Shown: positions 8,331-17,591 of the stretch, in pieces
How the letters are laid out: the number at the start of each line of letters is the position of its first letter
Position numbering within the stretch: the stretch's first letter is position 1
Source: an uncultured bacterium
GTDB lineage: Bacteria; UBA8481
Reading direction: 5' to 3'
Assembly: GCA_964499705.1 (NCBI GenBank)
Contig: CAZCME010000008.1
Coordinates: 1 to 64,000 of the forward strand
DNA length: 64,000 nucleotides
Notes under the pieces: generated by a model
What the model was told of the DNA's origin: nothing
Database searches by the model: none
Seen by the model: only the letters and a program-made list of their open reading frames with translations
Made by a program: the position numbers and the translations under genes

Positions 8331-9856
8331 TTCTGGCGGGACTCCCTCATGATGTCATCCACCTTCTGGAACCCGATGATGCGGCCGAGATCGTTCCAGG
8401 TGATGAAGACAACGAGCGTGAGCAGCCCGGCGATGCCGACCTTGATGAATCGCTCCATCGCCTTCGGCGAGAGCGGCTTCCTGGCCATGATCTCATAGAG
8501 GAAGAAGATGAAGAGCCAGCCTCCGTCGAGGAGCGGATACGGGAAGAGATTCACGACGCCGAGATTGACGGATATGAGCGCGAGGAAGTAGATGAGCTGC
8601 ATGATGCCGCCCTCGCGCATCTGCGAACCGGACGCCTGGGCGATGCCGATCGGGCCGGAGAGAAGCTTGGCGGATACTTCGCCGGAGACGAGCTTAATGA
8701 GGGTGTCGACGATGAGCTTACCGAGGCGCGCCGTCATGAAAACGCCCGATACCACGGCTCGTACGGGTCCCTGCGGGACCTGCTTCATGACGGGCGAAAT
8801 ACCGATCGCGGCGAAGCTCTCGATGCCGCCGTCGGGTTTGGGAGCGTGAACCGTCTTCGGAGCAACCTCGATGGTCATCTCCTTTCCGTCTCTCACGATC
8901 AGCGCCTGCTGAGGAATGTTCGCAACCTTCCATGTCTCCTCGGGCCAGATCTTCTGAAGAGGCGGACGAAGGAACGAGGGGAACCAAATAGACCACCACC
9001 GTTCCTGTCGCTCCACGGTCTCCTCGCCCAGCGGCGCACCGCGGATGGCCATGGCGAGATCGCTCCACTGCGTGAGCGGCTTGCCCGCGAACTGGACGAG
9101 CCTGTCGCCGGGTTTCAGGCCCGCAAGATCGGCGGGACTTCCCTCGGTCATCTGGCCGATGACAGGATCGACCCACGGATCAAGACCAAGCATGCCATTG
9201 CCCATCATCATGTCATCGACGGCCACCTGGACCTTGACAAGCCACGGCAGATTCTCCGGGTATTTCCGGGGTATCGGCGTGGCCTTCACTTCGATATTTT
9301 CGCCGCCACGATCGATGCCGAGCGTGACAGGACGACCGATAGCGGCGCGTTCCATCCGCTCGATGTCATCCCATGAGGCCACCTTCTCGCCGTCGATCGA
9401 TTCGATGACGTCACCCACACGGACGACATCGGCGAGTTTTTCCGGGACACCGCCGACCTTCGGCATGAACGCGGGGGATTCCGGGCCGACGAGAAAGATG
9501 AATACGCAGAGCACGAAGCCGAGGATGATGTTGGCGATCGGGCCGGCAGCGATGATGATCGCGCGCTGCCAGACGGGCTTGGAGGGAAATTCATCCGGCG
9601 CGCCAGCGTGCTGCTCGGTGGGATCCTCGCCGGCCATCTTGATATAACCGCCGAGCGGAATCCAAGAGAGACAGTATTCCGTGCCGTTGTATGTCTTCGA
9701 CCAGATCCGCTTGCCGAATCCGATGGAGAACGTGAAGACCTTGACGCCGAACCGTTTGGCAAAATAGAAGTGGCCCAGCTCGTGAAAGAAGATGGCCGGA
9801 CCGATGACGATGGCGAAGGCGAAGAGCGTTGAAGCCAATTTGTAGATGTAATCCAT
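8327..9856 (-). CDS. rseP: RIP metalloprotease RseP (M50) with two PDZ domains
   Basis: HELGH, IPLGGYIKM, AGPIAN, two PDZ-like segments, GPIGI, NLFPYPLLDGG; located between dxr and ispG. Confidence 0.95.
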   Translation of the reverse strand: MDYIYKLASTLFAFAIVIGPAIFFHELGHFYFAKRFGVKVFTFSIGFGKRIWSKTYNGTEYCLSWIPLGGYIKMAGEDPTEQHAGAPDEFPSKPVWQRAIIIAAGPIANIILGFVLCVFIFLVGPESPAFMPKVGGVPEKLADVVRVGDVIESIDGEKVASWDDIERMERAAIGRPVTLGIDRGGENIEVKATPIPRKYPENLPWLVKVQVAVDDMMMGNGMLGLDPWVDPVIGQMTEGSPADLAGLKPGDRLVQFAGKPLTQWSDLAMAIRGAPLGEETVERQERWWSIWFPSFLRPPLQKIWPEETWKVANIPQQALIVRDGKEMTIEVAPKTVHAPKPDGGIESFAAIGISPVMKQVPQGPVRAVVSGVFMTARLGKLIVDTLIKLVSGEVSAKLLSGPIGIAQASGSQMREGGIMQLIYFLALISVNLGVVNLFPYPLLDGGWLFIFFLYEIMARKPLSPKAMERFIKVGIAGLLTLVVFITWNDLGRIIGFQKVDDIMRESRQK

Positions 9857-9925
9857 GATTATGTAATCATCATCCTTCGCCCTGCTGGATAGACGGGGTC
9901 TCCTGAGGTTTTATTCGGACCTTAT

Positions 9926-11119
9926 TCAACCGGCGATCAGGCTGCCGGCCTCTTTCCTGGCCCATGCGTCCGCGTCGTACACATCCGCTTCCGTTTCAAC
10001 GGGATGGGGGGTATGCGCCGCGATCGTCCGCTGAATTATACCAGAGATGGCGCCGAAGGAGATCTTTTTTTCGAGGAAGGCGCCGACGGCGATCTCGTTC
10101 GCCGCATTAACCACGGCGGGAGCCGTGCCTCCTCTGGCCAGCGCCTCGCATGCGACCAGGATGAGCGGAAAGGCCGCATGATCCGGCTGTTCGAACGTCA
10201 ATGCTCCCAGGCGGGTCAGATCCAGAGGGGACTGGAAATTGCCGCCAGGAAGGAGCGCCCGCTGAATCGGAAGGCGCATGTCGGGCGGCGCGAGCTCGGC
10301 GACGACAGAACCATCGGAATGCTGCACCATGGCGTGGATGATGGATTGCGGATGCACGATCACTTCAATCTTCGACGCAGGCAGTTCGAACAGGAAATGT
10401 GCCTCGATGATTTCGAGACCCTTGTTCATGAGCGTCGCGCTGTCGATGGTGATTTTCGGACCCATGCTCCACGTCGGATGATTGAGCGCTTCCTCGACAG
10501 TGACATTGTCGAAAGTTCCTTTCGCCCTGCCTCGAAACGGCCCGCCGGAAGCGGTAAGATACACCCTGCGAATCTCCCTGCCCGTTCTCCCGCGCATGCA
10601 GGAGACCAGAGAGGAGTGCTCCGAATCGATGGGGCGGATCGCGACCTTGCGCTCCGCGGCGCGGCGCATCACGAGTTCGCCCGCCATCACGAGCGATTCC
10701 TTGTTGGCGAGCGCAATGTCGTTCCCGCCATCGAGCGCACCCAGGGTCACTTCCAAACCGGCGGCACCGACGACGGCATTGACGACGATATCGACATCCT
10801 CCTCGGCGGCCAGCGCCCTCAAGGCTCCCACGCCCGATGGCATGCTCGTCGTGGATTTCGCGAGCGCGGTCCGAGTGACTCCCAGATCCCGCGCCATCTT
10901 CATGAGCTCCGCCTCGTTACTGCCCGCTGCGAGCGCGACGACGCGCAGGCGATCCGGATTGGCGCGCACGATATCGATCGTGCTTTTTCCGATGGAGCCG
11001 GTGCAACCCATGACAGCGAGGCGGAGAGGCTTTGCCTGGCGCATGCGGAGATGATCGAGGAGGGAGACCTCATGATCACGACCCGGCTGCGAGTAGAGCG
11101 ATTCGAGGAGCTCGTTCAC
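9926..11119 (-). CDS. dxr: 1-deoxy-D-xylulose-5-phosphate reductoisomerase
   Basis: GCTGSIG, LANKESLV, PIDSEH, LTASGGPFR, HPTWSMGPKITIDSATLMNKGLE, NAANE. Confidence 0.97.
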   Translation of the reverse strand: MNELLESLYSQPGRDHEVSLLDHLRMRQAKPLRLAVMGCTGSIGKSTIDIVRANPDRLRVVALAAGSNEAELMKMARDLGVTRTALAKSTTSMPSGVGALRALAAEEDVDIVVNAVVGAAGLEVTLGALDGGNDIALANKESLVMAGELVMRRAAERKVAIRPIDSEHSSLVSCMRGRTGREIRRVYLTASGGPFRGRAKGTFDNVTVEEALNHPTWSMGPKITIDSATLMNKGLEIIEAHFLFELPASKIEVIVHPQSIIHAMVQHSDGSVVAELAPPDMRLPIQRALLPGGNFQSPLDLTRLGALTFEQPDHAAFPLILVACEALARGGTAPAVVNAANEIAVGAFLEKKISFGAISGIIQRTIAAHTPHPVETEADVYDADAWARKEAGSLIAG

Positions 11120-11144
11120 AGGCGAAGTATGAAGACCTTCCTGC

Positions 11145-11798
11145 TCATCTCAAGGTATCCAGGTAAGCCAAGCCGTCCTTGGCGGACTGGTAATCCGGCG
11201 AGATCGTGAGGACCTCGCGAAAGAGCTGCGACGCGGAGCCTTTCCGGTTCAGCCGGGCATAGCACCAACCGCGCATGGTGAGCGCTTCCAGGTCGAGGGG
11301 ATACAGGGCGGAGACGCGCGAATAATTTTCTCCCGCTTCCGAATAGCGCCCCATGTTATAGAGCGCGTAACCGAGACGGGAGCGCGACGAATAATTCTGC
11401 GTATCGCGCTTCAACGCTTCACGGGATGAAGCCGCGAGGGCGGACCAATCGGTCATCAGGAGGAACTGATACTGCTGATAGACGAGCGGTTCGACGGCAT
11501 CGGGCTTGAGAGCGGCCGCCGAACCGTACAGGCGCGCCGCCTCCTGATACTCTCCCATCATTCCCTTCAGGTAACCCAGACGCATGACCACAACGTAATT
11601 GTCCTCATTCCCCTGCAGAACCTGGACAATGGCCTGGAAGGCATCCAGATATTTCCCGGCCGCCTCGGACGCGTAGGATGCCTTGAAGGCATCGGCCAGC
11701 TTCGTGGAACTCTGAGCATGCCCGGGCAGTGAAAAGACGAGGAGCAACAGCAGCGGACAGGCGCGGCGCAGACACGGAATCGAAAGCAATCGGCTCAT
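11145..11798 (-). CDS. Secreted tetratricopeptide-repeat protein
   Basis: Signal peptide ending GHA-Q; TPR-like helices (LGYALYNMGRYSEAGENY; RGWCYARLNRKGSA); GGGAGG SD. Confidence 0.85.
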   Translation of the reverse strand: MSRLLSIPCLRRACPLLLLLVFSLPGHAQSSTKLADAFKASYASEAAGKYLDAFQAIVQVLQGNEDNYVVVMRLGYLKGMMGEYQEAARLYGSAAALKPDAVEPLVYQQYQFLLMTDWSALAASSREALKRDTQNYSSRSRLGYALYNMGRYSEAGENYSRVSALYPLDLEALTMRGWCYARLNRKGSASQLFREVLTISPDYQSAKDGLAYLDTLR

Positions 11799-11848
11799 GA
11801 AGAATTCCTCCCACAGGATCTAGACTGATATCAACCGAATATTAAACA

Positions 11849-11956
11849 CCAATTCAGACGAATTGGGCATGCAAAGATCGGTAAAATTTTTACCAACTTT
11901 TTTCGCCAACTTTTCCGAAATAAGGCCAACTTCTGAAGAAACAACGTTGCTATAAT
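11849..11956 (+). promoter_or_regulatory. Divergent promoter region with extended -10 and operator-like palindromes
   Basis: TGcTATAAT at 11948-11956, 10 nt before the PqqD ATG; palindromes CCAATTC-N4-GAATTGG (11849-11866) and GGTAAAA-T-TTTTACC (11880-11894); CCAACTT direct repeats at 11893, 11906 and 11926. Confidence 0.6.
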
Positions 11957-11966
11957 CAACCTCGAT

Positions 11967-12221
11967 ATGAACGATTCCAGGCAACGCCTCAAGGGGCTGG
12001 CACTATCCGACACCGGCTTTCTCTTCGATCCGATCACGGGCCACATGTACACGCTGAACCGAACAGGGAGCGAGATTCTGAAGTGGCTGCGGGATGGAAT
12101 CCCGGAGCATTTTCTTCCCGGGCGCATCGCGGAGCTCTTCGACGTCACGGAAGACGAAGCCGAGCGGGACTGCGCGGCTTTTCTCAAGCTCCTGCACGAG
12201 TTCAGGCTGCTCGAAGCCTGA
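11967..12221 (+). CDS. Stand-alone PqqD-family protein (RiPP recognition element-like)
   Basis: 84 aa; LALSDTGFLFDPITGHMYTLNRTGSEIL ... IAELFDVTEDEAERDCAAFLKLLHEFRLL, the PqqD winged-helix pattern. Confidence 0.85.
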   Translation: MNDSRQRLKGLALSDTGFLFDPITGHMYTLNRTGSEILKWLRDGIPEHFLPGRIAELFDVTEDEAERDCAAFLKLLHEFRLLEA

Positions 12222-13342
12222 TGAACCGCCCCCTGACCGTGGCGGTGTCGGGCATGAACGCGGGCGAAAGTCCACAGCCCGGACCGGCGATCGCGCGAAG
12301 CCTGCGCGAGGCGCCCGGATTCACCGAAGCTCCCTGCCACGGCCGCATCGTGGGGCTGCTGTATGACGCCATGGAAAGCGGCGTCTATTCCGGGGATCTC
12401 CTGGACGCGGCGTATGTCGTGCCTTATCCCTCCTCGGGATCCGACGCACTCGCGGCGCGCATCGAACACATCCATGCCCGGCATCCGATCGATGTCATCC
12501 TCCCGACGCTGGACGCGGAGCTTCCCGCCTACATCCGGCTCACTCCCTTTCTCCGTGAACTCGGAATCCGAATGTTTCTTCCGACGGAAGAGCAGCTCGA
12601 CGCCCGGAGCAAGTCCCGGCTTGCGGATTTCGCGCGGAAGATCGGAATCGACTCGCCCCGGCAGAAACTTGTCTCAAGTCTCGACCTCGTTCCTTCGGCG
12701 TTCGCGGAATTCAACACCCGCGGAGCGGGCGCGATGGTGAAAGGCGTCTTCTACGAAGCAGCGCACGCCGCGACTTCAGCGGACGCGGTGAAGATCGCGG
12801 CGAAGATCGCGGTGAAGTGGGGCATGCCGGTGATCCTGCAGGAGAAGATTCTCGGCGAGGAGTATGACCTCGCGATGGTCGGCGACGGAGAGGGCGGGAT
12901 GATCGGCGCGGTGGCGATCAAGAAGATGGCTCTGACGGAGAAGGGCAAGGCCTTCGGCGGCATGACGATCTCCGACAAGGAGCTTTTCGCGATCGGCCGG
13001 AAGTTCATCGAGAGGACGAAGTGGCGCGGGCCGCTGGAGATGGAATTCGTCAAAGCCACAGGCAACGGCGCTGCCAGCGGCGTGGCCGCGGGAAGCGCCG
13101 CCGGCGACAACAAGTATTACCTGATCGAGATCAATCCACGCTTTCCGGCGTGGATCTATCTCGCCTCGCAGGTTGGACAGAACCTGCCGTGGGCCGTCGT
13201 CCGGATGGCTCTCGGGGAGGAAATCGACGAGTTCGCAACGTATGAGCCGGGACGATTCTTCGTCCGGCACGCGGTCGACATCGTCGCTGACCTGGCGATG
13301 CTGGAACGACTCACCATGGAAGGAGAACTGCAGATCCGATGA
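12221..13342 (+). CDS. ATP-grasp ligase (carbamoyl-phosphate-synthase/carboxylate-amine ligase-like)
   Basis: IDVILPTLDAEL, MVKG, PVILQEKILGEEY, GPLEMEF, YLIEINPRFPAW. Start ATG 12221 overlaps the PqqD stop (TGATG). Confidence 0.9.
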   Translation: MNRPLTVAVSGMNAGESPQPGPAIARSLREAPGFTEAPCHGRIVGLLYDAMESGVYSGDLLDAAYVVPYPSSGSDALAARIEHIHARHPIDVILPTLDAELPAYIRLTPFLRELGIRMFLPTEEQLDARSKSRLADFARKIGIDSPRQKLVSSLDLVPSAFAEFNTRGAGAMVKGVFYEAAHAATSADAVKIAAKIAVKWGMPVILQEKILGEEYDLAMVGDGEGGMIGAVAIKKMALTEKGKAFGGMTISDKELFAIGRKFIERTKWRGPLEMEFVKATGNGAASGVAAGSAAGDNKYYLIEINPRFPAWIYLASQVGQNLPWAVVRMALGEEIDEFATYEPGRFFVRHAVDIVADLAMLERLTMEGELQIR

Positions 13343-14736
13343 ACAAGCTGACTTATGAACGACCCGCGATCATCCGGCAGGTCGATGGATTGATGAACAA
13401 GGTGGGGCGTCCCGCTCCGGCTCGACCCTTCGACGAGATCGACGGCGTCCGGATCGACGATCTCGTCGCCCAGTACGGATCTCCGCTCTTCGTGTTTTCG
13501 GAGCGCACGATCCGGCACCGGATCCGGGAAGCGATGCAGACCTTTTCGGTGAGGTACCCGCGCGTCCAGTTCGCGTGGTCGTACAAGACAAACTACCTCG
13601 ACGCGATCTGCCGGATTTTCCACCAGGAGGGCTCGATCGCCGAAGTCGTCTCGGAGATGGAATATCTCAAGGCCCGGCGCAACGGCATGCTCGGATCACA
13701 GATCATCTACAACGGCCCCTATAAAACCGAGGCCTCATTGAAGCAGGCGGCGGCCGAAGGCGCGATGATACACGTCGACAACTTCGAGGAGATCGCGGCA
13801 TTGGAAGCGGTATCGGACGAGCTGGGGAAGAAGCTGGACGTCGGCATCCGGATCAATCTCGATTCCCAGATCTATCCGCAGTGGGACCGCTTCGGATTCA
13901 ACCTGGAGAGTTATCAGGCGTATCACGCCGTGAAGAGGATGGTATCAGGCGGCAAATTGAACCTCGTCACATTCCATTGCCATCTCGGGACGTTCATCCT
14001 GGACCCCTGGGCCTACGCGCGCGCGATCGTGAAGCTCCTGGATTTCGCGGCCTATCTCCGCGCCGAATTCAAGATCGTGATCCGCAACATCAACATGGGC
14101 GGAGGTTTCGCCTCCTCGAACACGCTCCACCAGCAATATCTGCCGGGCGAGCAGGTTTCTCCGAGCCTGGCGCAGTATGCGGACGCGATTTCGTCCGTGC
14201 TGATGTCCTCGCCGATCGCGGACCAGTTGAACCTCATCCTGGAATCCGGGCGTTCGCTTGTCGACGAAGCCGGATCGCTCATCTCCACGGTACGCGCGAC
14301 GAAGCGGCTGGCGTCGGGCCGACGCGCCATTGTTTTGGATGCGGGAGTCAACCTGCTCTTCACCGCATACTGGTACAAGCTTCAGATCCTGCCGGTGCAG
14401 CCGTTCCAGGGGCTATCGGAAGAAACGACCGTATACGGCCCGCTCTGCATGAACATCGACTGTGTCCGGGACGGCGTGGTTCTACCGGACCTTCAGAAAG
14501 GGGATCGCGTCGCGATTCGTCCCGCGGGCGCCTACTGCTTCACGCAATCGATGCAATTCATCGCGCTGCGGCCGGCCTGCATCCTGTTGGGAATGAACGG
14601 CGAGATCGACTGCATCCGACGGGCTGAGGTGCTCGAAGACCTCGTGGCATGCGAATCGCTGCCGGATCGGCTTGCCGGAGAACCGGCGCATCAGCAAGAT
14701 ACGAGAACATCCCGGGTCATTTCCATCAGTCGGTGA
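13339..14736 (+). CDS. PLP-dependent fold-type III decarboxylase (diaminopimelate/ornithine decarboxylase family)
   Basis: YGSPLFVF, WSYKTN (PLP lysine), IYNGPYK, HCHLGT, INMGGGF, LESGRSLV, YGPLCMNID, AGAY; ATGA overlap with the ATP-grasp gene. Confidence 0.9.
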   Translation: MNKLTYERPAIIRQVDGLMNKVGRPAPARPFDEIDGVRIDDLVAQYGSPLFVFSERTIRHRIREAMQTFSVRYPRVQFAWSYKTNYLDAICRIFHQEGSIAEVVSEMEYLKARRNGMLGSQIIYNGPYKTEASLKQAAAEGAMIHVDNFEEIAALEAVSDELGKKLDVGIRINLDSQIYPQWDRFGFNLESYQAYHAVKRMVSGGKLNLVTFHCHLGTFILDPWAYARAIVKLLDFAAYLRAEFKIVIRNINMGGGFASSNTLHQQYLPGEQVSPSLAQYADAISSVLMSSPIADQLNLILESGRSLVDEAGSLISTVRATKRLASGRRAIVLDAGVNLLFTAYWYKLQILPVQPFQGLSEETTVYGPLCMNIDCVRDGVVLPDLQKGDRVAIRPAGAYCFTQSMQFIALRPACILLGMNGEIDCIRRAEVLEDLVACESLPDRLAGEPAHQQDTRTSRVISISR

Positions 14737-16991
14737 GACGCATCGGAACATTCGCTTCACATCTTTTCAGGGCCACGCTGGAAAGCTATGCGTCGCTCCT
14801 GTTCGCGAGCGGTGCGCGCTGCGGCGGCGCGATCATGGCGATAACGTTCATCAACCCGCGCCTCGGGCTTGGCGGGCTGATCGGCGCCCTGGCAGGCAAC
14901 GCGGCGGCACGGGGTTTCTCATATCCGCGCGAGATGGTGGCGGGCGGCATCTACGGCATTTCACCGCTCCTGACGGGACTGGCGATCGCGTGTTTCCACC
15001 CGGCGGGACTCGCGGCGTATCCGCTCATCATTCCCGCCGCGCTCCTGACCATGACGTTATCCACGCTCTTATCGGATCGCTGCTACAAGAATTTCCGCGT
15101 GGGCTCTCTCTCGCTCGCCTTCGCGATCGTGGCGACCGTAGTCTCCTGGCGCGTCCTCGACCGCCCCGTCTTCGGACCCCCTCCCGTCACGGATGCGAAC
15201 TGGGTGGATGTTTTCTTCAGCTCCATGGGCGCCATCATCTTCATCCCCGCGCCGCTCGCCGGGCTCGGTCTCTTTCTCGTCATCCTTTTCCATTCGCGAA
15301 CACTGGCGGTGCTGGCGATGGGAGGATTTGCACTGGGCGCGGGATTATTCATGGCGATGGGCGGATCGCATGCGGATTTGATCCACGGGATGGTGGGCCT
15401 CAATTTCATCCTGACCGCGATGGCCGTCGGCGGTGTCTTTCTCCTATCCGGCCCGTACGCCACGATCCATGCGGCCGGCGCCGTGATGATGACTTCCCTC
15501 GTGGCGCTCGGCATCAACAAGATCCTGGCGCTCCTGGGGCTTCCGGTTTTCTCGTGGCCCTTCAACATCGCCACCATCCTCTGGATCGGCGCGTTGAACC
15601 TGAGGACGATCGAGACGAGGCCCCGGAGCACGTGGGGGCTTTCCGGATCCCCGGAGAACATGGCCGCGCAGGTGGATCTCCATTCTCGCGCCGCCGTCGC
15701 GGAATTCATGCCGAGGCTTCCGATCATCGGCGAATGGACGGTGACGCAGGGAATCGAGGGCAAGCCCACACATCGACCTCCGTGGTCCTACGCGATCGAT
15801 TTCGAAGTGATGGACGAGTCCGGATTTCCGTTTCGGACCTCAGGGATTGTTACGCGGGGAAGCGCGGGCGGGGAAACCGGGCACGACCAGCCGAGGGATA
15901 ACCCCGGCGAGCGGCTGGAGAGTTATTATTCGTACGGCGCGCCGGTCCTGGCGGTCGCGGACGGCGTTGTCGTCCTGGCGGTCTCTGGGATCTTCGACAA
16001 CGCTCCGGGTTCCTCGAACATCAAGGACAACTTCGGCAACCAGGTGATCATCCGGCACGCGGAGCAGATCTATTCCGTCTATGCGCACTTGAAATATCTC
16101 TCCGTGCGAGTGAAGGCGGGCGATGTCATCCGGGCAGGGCAGGTGATCGCCCAATGCGGGTCATCGGGGCGCTCGCCTCGCCCGCATCTTCACTTCCACA
16201 TCCAGGCAAGCAACATCGTCGGATCTCCCACGTTGCCCTTTGTCTTCTCCCAATTCACGATCCGGAATCCAGAAGGGAATCTCCGCTTCATCGAAGCCGG
16301 TCTGCCCGAGCAGTTCGACCGCATCGCATCGACATCCTCCGTGCGGGACAGCCGACCGGCGCCCTATTTTTCGCCCGGCGCGTACTGGCGTTTTCGTGTC
16401 CGGCGAGGTCAACGGGAAACGGAAGAGGCCTGGAAGATGGATATCGACCTCTGGGGCGGCATCCGGCTGAGATCATTCGAGGCACGGCCCGCGCTCGACT
16501 CGATGAGGGCGATACCAACCGAGCATCCTGTCGCGGAAGCCGTCTGGAGAATCGACGGACGCGGGATGACGGCGATCGAATTCAAGGGCGCCCGAACCAG
16601 CGCTCTCTACGCGCACTTCCGCGCGCATTCCCGCGTGCCGACTCATATATCACCGCGCTTCACATGGAGCGATCGGCCCGGCGCCGATCACACGATGCCG
16701 AAAGTCCTGTCCGTGCTCCGCGGAGTCCTGCTTCCGTTCACAACGCTCCGGGGTGAGGAAATCCACTTTTCGACAACCGTGGAAAGCAACCTGACCCGTA
16801 TCATCAGCGAGAGCGGCCGAAATCGCACGATCACGGAGTGGAGCGAAACAGGGGAACTTGCGAGATTGGAATACATCTCGAATGGCAGACAGGATCTGAC
16901 GGCGGAACGGATCGAGGCATCAGGAGAAGTCGAAGTGCTCAACCGTAGCGGGACATATCATCCCAAAGATGATAATGTCCCTGCATGCTGA
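14733..16991 (+). CDS. Urea-transporter-like membrane domain fused to an M23 metallopeptidase domain and an uncharacterised C-terminal domain
   Basis: About ten hydrophobic segments with GIYGISPLLTGLAI / GLNFILTAMAVGG / LPVFSWPFN (UT family pattern); then VTQG..H....YAIDF, PVLAVADGVV, GNQVIIRH, YAHL, V..GD....GQ.I..CG.SGRS..PHLHF (M23). GTG 14733 overlaps the upstream stop. Confidence 0.85.
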   Translation: MRRIGTFASHLFRATLESYASLLFASGARCGGAIMAITFINPRLGLGGLIGALAGNAAARGFSYPREMVAGGIYGISPLLTGLAIACFHPAGLAAYPLIIPAALLTMTLSTLLSDRCYKNFRVGSLSLAFAIVATVVSWRVLDRPVFGPPPVTDANWVDVFFSSMGAIIFIPAPLAGLGLFLVILFHSRTLAVLAMGGFALGAGLFMAMGGSHADLIHGMVGLNFILTAMAVGGVFLLSGPYATIHAAGAVMMTSLVALGINKILALLGLPVFSWPFNIATILWIGALNLRTIETRPRSTWGLSGSPENMAAQVDLHSRAAVAEFMPRLPIIGEWTVTQGIEGKPTHRPPWSYAIDFEVMDESGFPFRTSGIVTRGSAGGETGHDQPRDNPGERLESYYSYGAPVLAVADGVVVLAVSGIFDNAPGSSNIKDNFGNQVIIRHAEQIYSVYAHLKYLSVRVKAGDVIRAGQVIAQCGSSGRSPRPHLHFHIQASNIVGSPTLPFVFSQFTIRNPEGNLRFIEAGLPEQFDRIASTSSVRDSRPAPYFSPGAYWRFRVRRGQRETEEAWKMDIDLWGGIRLRSFEARPALDSMRAIPTEHPVAEAVWRIDGRGMTAIEFKGARTSALYAHFRAHSRVPTHISPRFTWSDRPGADHTMPKVLSVLRGVLLPFTTLRGEEIHFSTTVESNLTRIISESGRNRTITEWSETGELARLEYISNGRQDLTAERIEASGEVEVLNRSGTYHPKDDNVPAC

Positions 16992-17392
16992 ATTTCCAAA
17001 TTTCCTGCCGGCGCGCGATCCTAATTTTCGTATCCGCCTGTTTTTTCGCTTCCTGTTCCACGGGTTCGCGAATATCAAAAACTTCCTTTACAGCGGCCGA
17101 TCGAACGATCGCGGTCTCCAAGAGCGAATCCTTCGTGCTTAGGCTCGAATCCAATCCATCCGAAGGATATCGATGGGTATGGGCGCAGCCACTCGACTAC
17201 ACGGTCCTCGCCCTCGGTAACGAAAGTTTCAGCGCGCCCGAGACAACTTCCTCGGGAACGGGCGGCTACCAGGAATGGCACTTCCGGGCCGTCGATGCCG
17301 GGTCAGCCGTCATTTCATTGAAATACATCTTGCTGGGATCGAAGGACACAGTACCGATCCGGACGCAGGAAACCCTTGTGACGGTGAAATAG
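16985..17392 (+). CDS. Protease inhibitor I42 (chagasin) family lipoprotein
   Basis: Lipobox-like FASC; LESNPSEGYRW and GTGG...W.F.A...G...I.L.Y chagasin motifs. Confidence 0.85.
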   Translation: MLNFQISCRRAILIFVSACFFASCSTGSRISKTSFTAADRTIAVSKSESFVLRLESNPSEGYRWVWAQPLDYTVLALGNESFSAPETTSSGTGGYQEWHFRAVDAGSAVISLKYILLGSKDTVPIRTQETLVTVK

Positions 17393-17591
17393 GCGTTCCT
17401 GAAGCGGAATGCGGCCCTGAGCTTCTGCGGGACTTGCCATCCATGCCGAAAGCATGATTAGTTCACACATGAATGGCAGGAGCATGGTGATTAAGTTCAC
17501 TCTTTTCCCCCATTGACCCTCCGATCGCCGCGTTTGATAATTCTCACAGTGCACCAGCAGCACCATCGTCGTCAACAAAGAGGAGCAGGAT

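Noticed and set aside
13339-14736. Naming the decarboxylase lysA
   Set aside because: Family membership is clear, but the SYKTN variant and operon context suggest a specialised paralogue; substrate cannot be read from sequence.
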